Source of the DNA: a virus
Lineage: Duplodnaviria; Caudoviricetes
DNA: 56,497 nucleotides
IMG/VR virus record: IMGVR_UViG_3300044535_001837
Span: 1-56,497 of that record
Reading direction: 5' to 3' (one strand)
Shown here: in pieces, positions 56,131 to 56,497 of the stretch
Numbering within the stretch: the stretch's first letter is position 1
How the letters are laid out: each line of letters opens with the position of its first letter
Made by a program: the position numbers and the translations under genes
Notes under the pieces: model-generated
Seen by the model: only the letters and a program-made list of their open reading frames with translations
Told to the model about the DNA's origin: nothing
Database searches by the model: none

Positions 56131-56497
56131 ATGACTAATATTACACGTAATTTTGTAGCAGGTAGAATGAATAAAGTCGTTGATGAACGGCTTATTCCTA
56201 ATGGTGAATACATTGATGCTCTCAATATTCGCATGGGCTCTACTGAGCAATCCGAAATTGGTGTAGTTGAAAATACTAAAGGTAACGAAAGGCTTACCAC
56301 ATTGAAGTACATTAATGGTACTGCATTAAGTTCTTCTGCTAAATGTATAGGTGCTGTAGAGGATAGTGCTAATGAAGAGATCTATTGGTTTATTCATGAC
56401 TCGAACTTTCCGGTAGGTGCTACAGGTAAGCTTGATATGATTGTATCATTCAATGTTCTTACAGGGATACTAACTTATCATTTGGTCAGCATCAATG
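56131..56497 (+). CDS. Tail stabilisation/muzzle protein, 3'-partial
   Basis: MTNITRNFVAGRMNKVVDERLIPNGEYIDALNIR...G.VENTKGN; the frame is open to the window end. Confidence 0.7.
   Translation, partial: MTNITRNFVAGRMNKVVDERLIPNGEYIDALNIRMGSTEQSEIGVVENTKGNERLTTLKYINGTALSSSAKCIGAVEDSANEEIYWFIHDSNFPVGATGKLDMIVSFNVLTGILTYHLVSIN

Noticed and set aside
1-56497. Stop-codon reassignment as in some crAss-like phages
   Set aside because: Long genes are intact in the standard code, and TAA, TAG and TGA all end genes at sensible, coupled positions.
1-56497. Apparent scarcity of GCGC and CGCG
   Set aside because: Plausible restriction avoidance, but CpG is generally low here and I cannot separate the two effects without counts.

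Overview
This window looks like most of a circularly permuted, AT-rich, lytic tailed-phage genome infecting a Bacteroidota host. The host call rests on TAnnTTTG promoters, A-rich leaders without Shine-Dalgarno sites and a BT4734-type primase. The leftward arm (10.7-25.3 kb) carries small early genes plus recombination and replication genes (Sak, RecE-like exonuclease, SSB-like, primase-helicase, SNF2 helicase, VRR-NUC); I recognised no DNA or RNA polymerase and no integrase. The rightward arm (25.8 kb to the end, probably continuing at 1-10.7 kb) carries GroEL/GroES, lysis genes, many tiny basic proteins, two tail fibres with a glycosyltransferase cassette, a crAss-like terminase/portal/capsid/ring/tail module and three probable ejection proteins. 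The most interesting signals are: (1) a 43-aa basic gene hidden in the +1 frame of the 2389-aa ejection protein, which also has an A10 slippery site and GNAT and ADP-ribosyltransferase-like domains; (2) two non-canonical tRNA mimics, a 146-nt one with two anticodon-like hairpins and a 43-nt minihelix; (3) a fibre whose only 8 cysteines cluster at the tip, next to a GT9-like glycosyltransferase and DUF6165, suggesting fibre S-glycosylation; (4) near-absence of CCAG/CTGG with abundant CCGG, peaking in a palindrome-packed GC island where the two arms diverge; (5) a duplicated origin-like element. All family calls come from recognising motifs by eye; no searches or counts were run.
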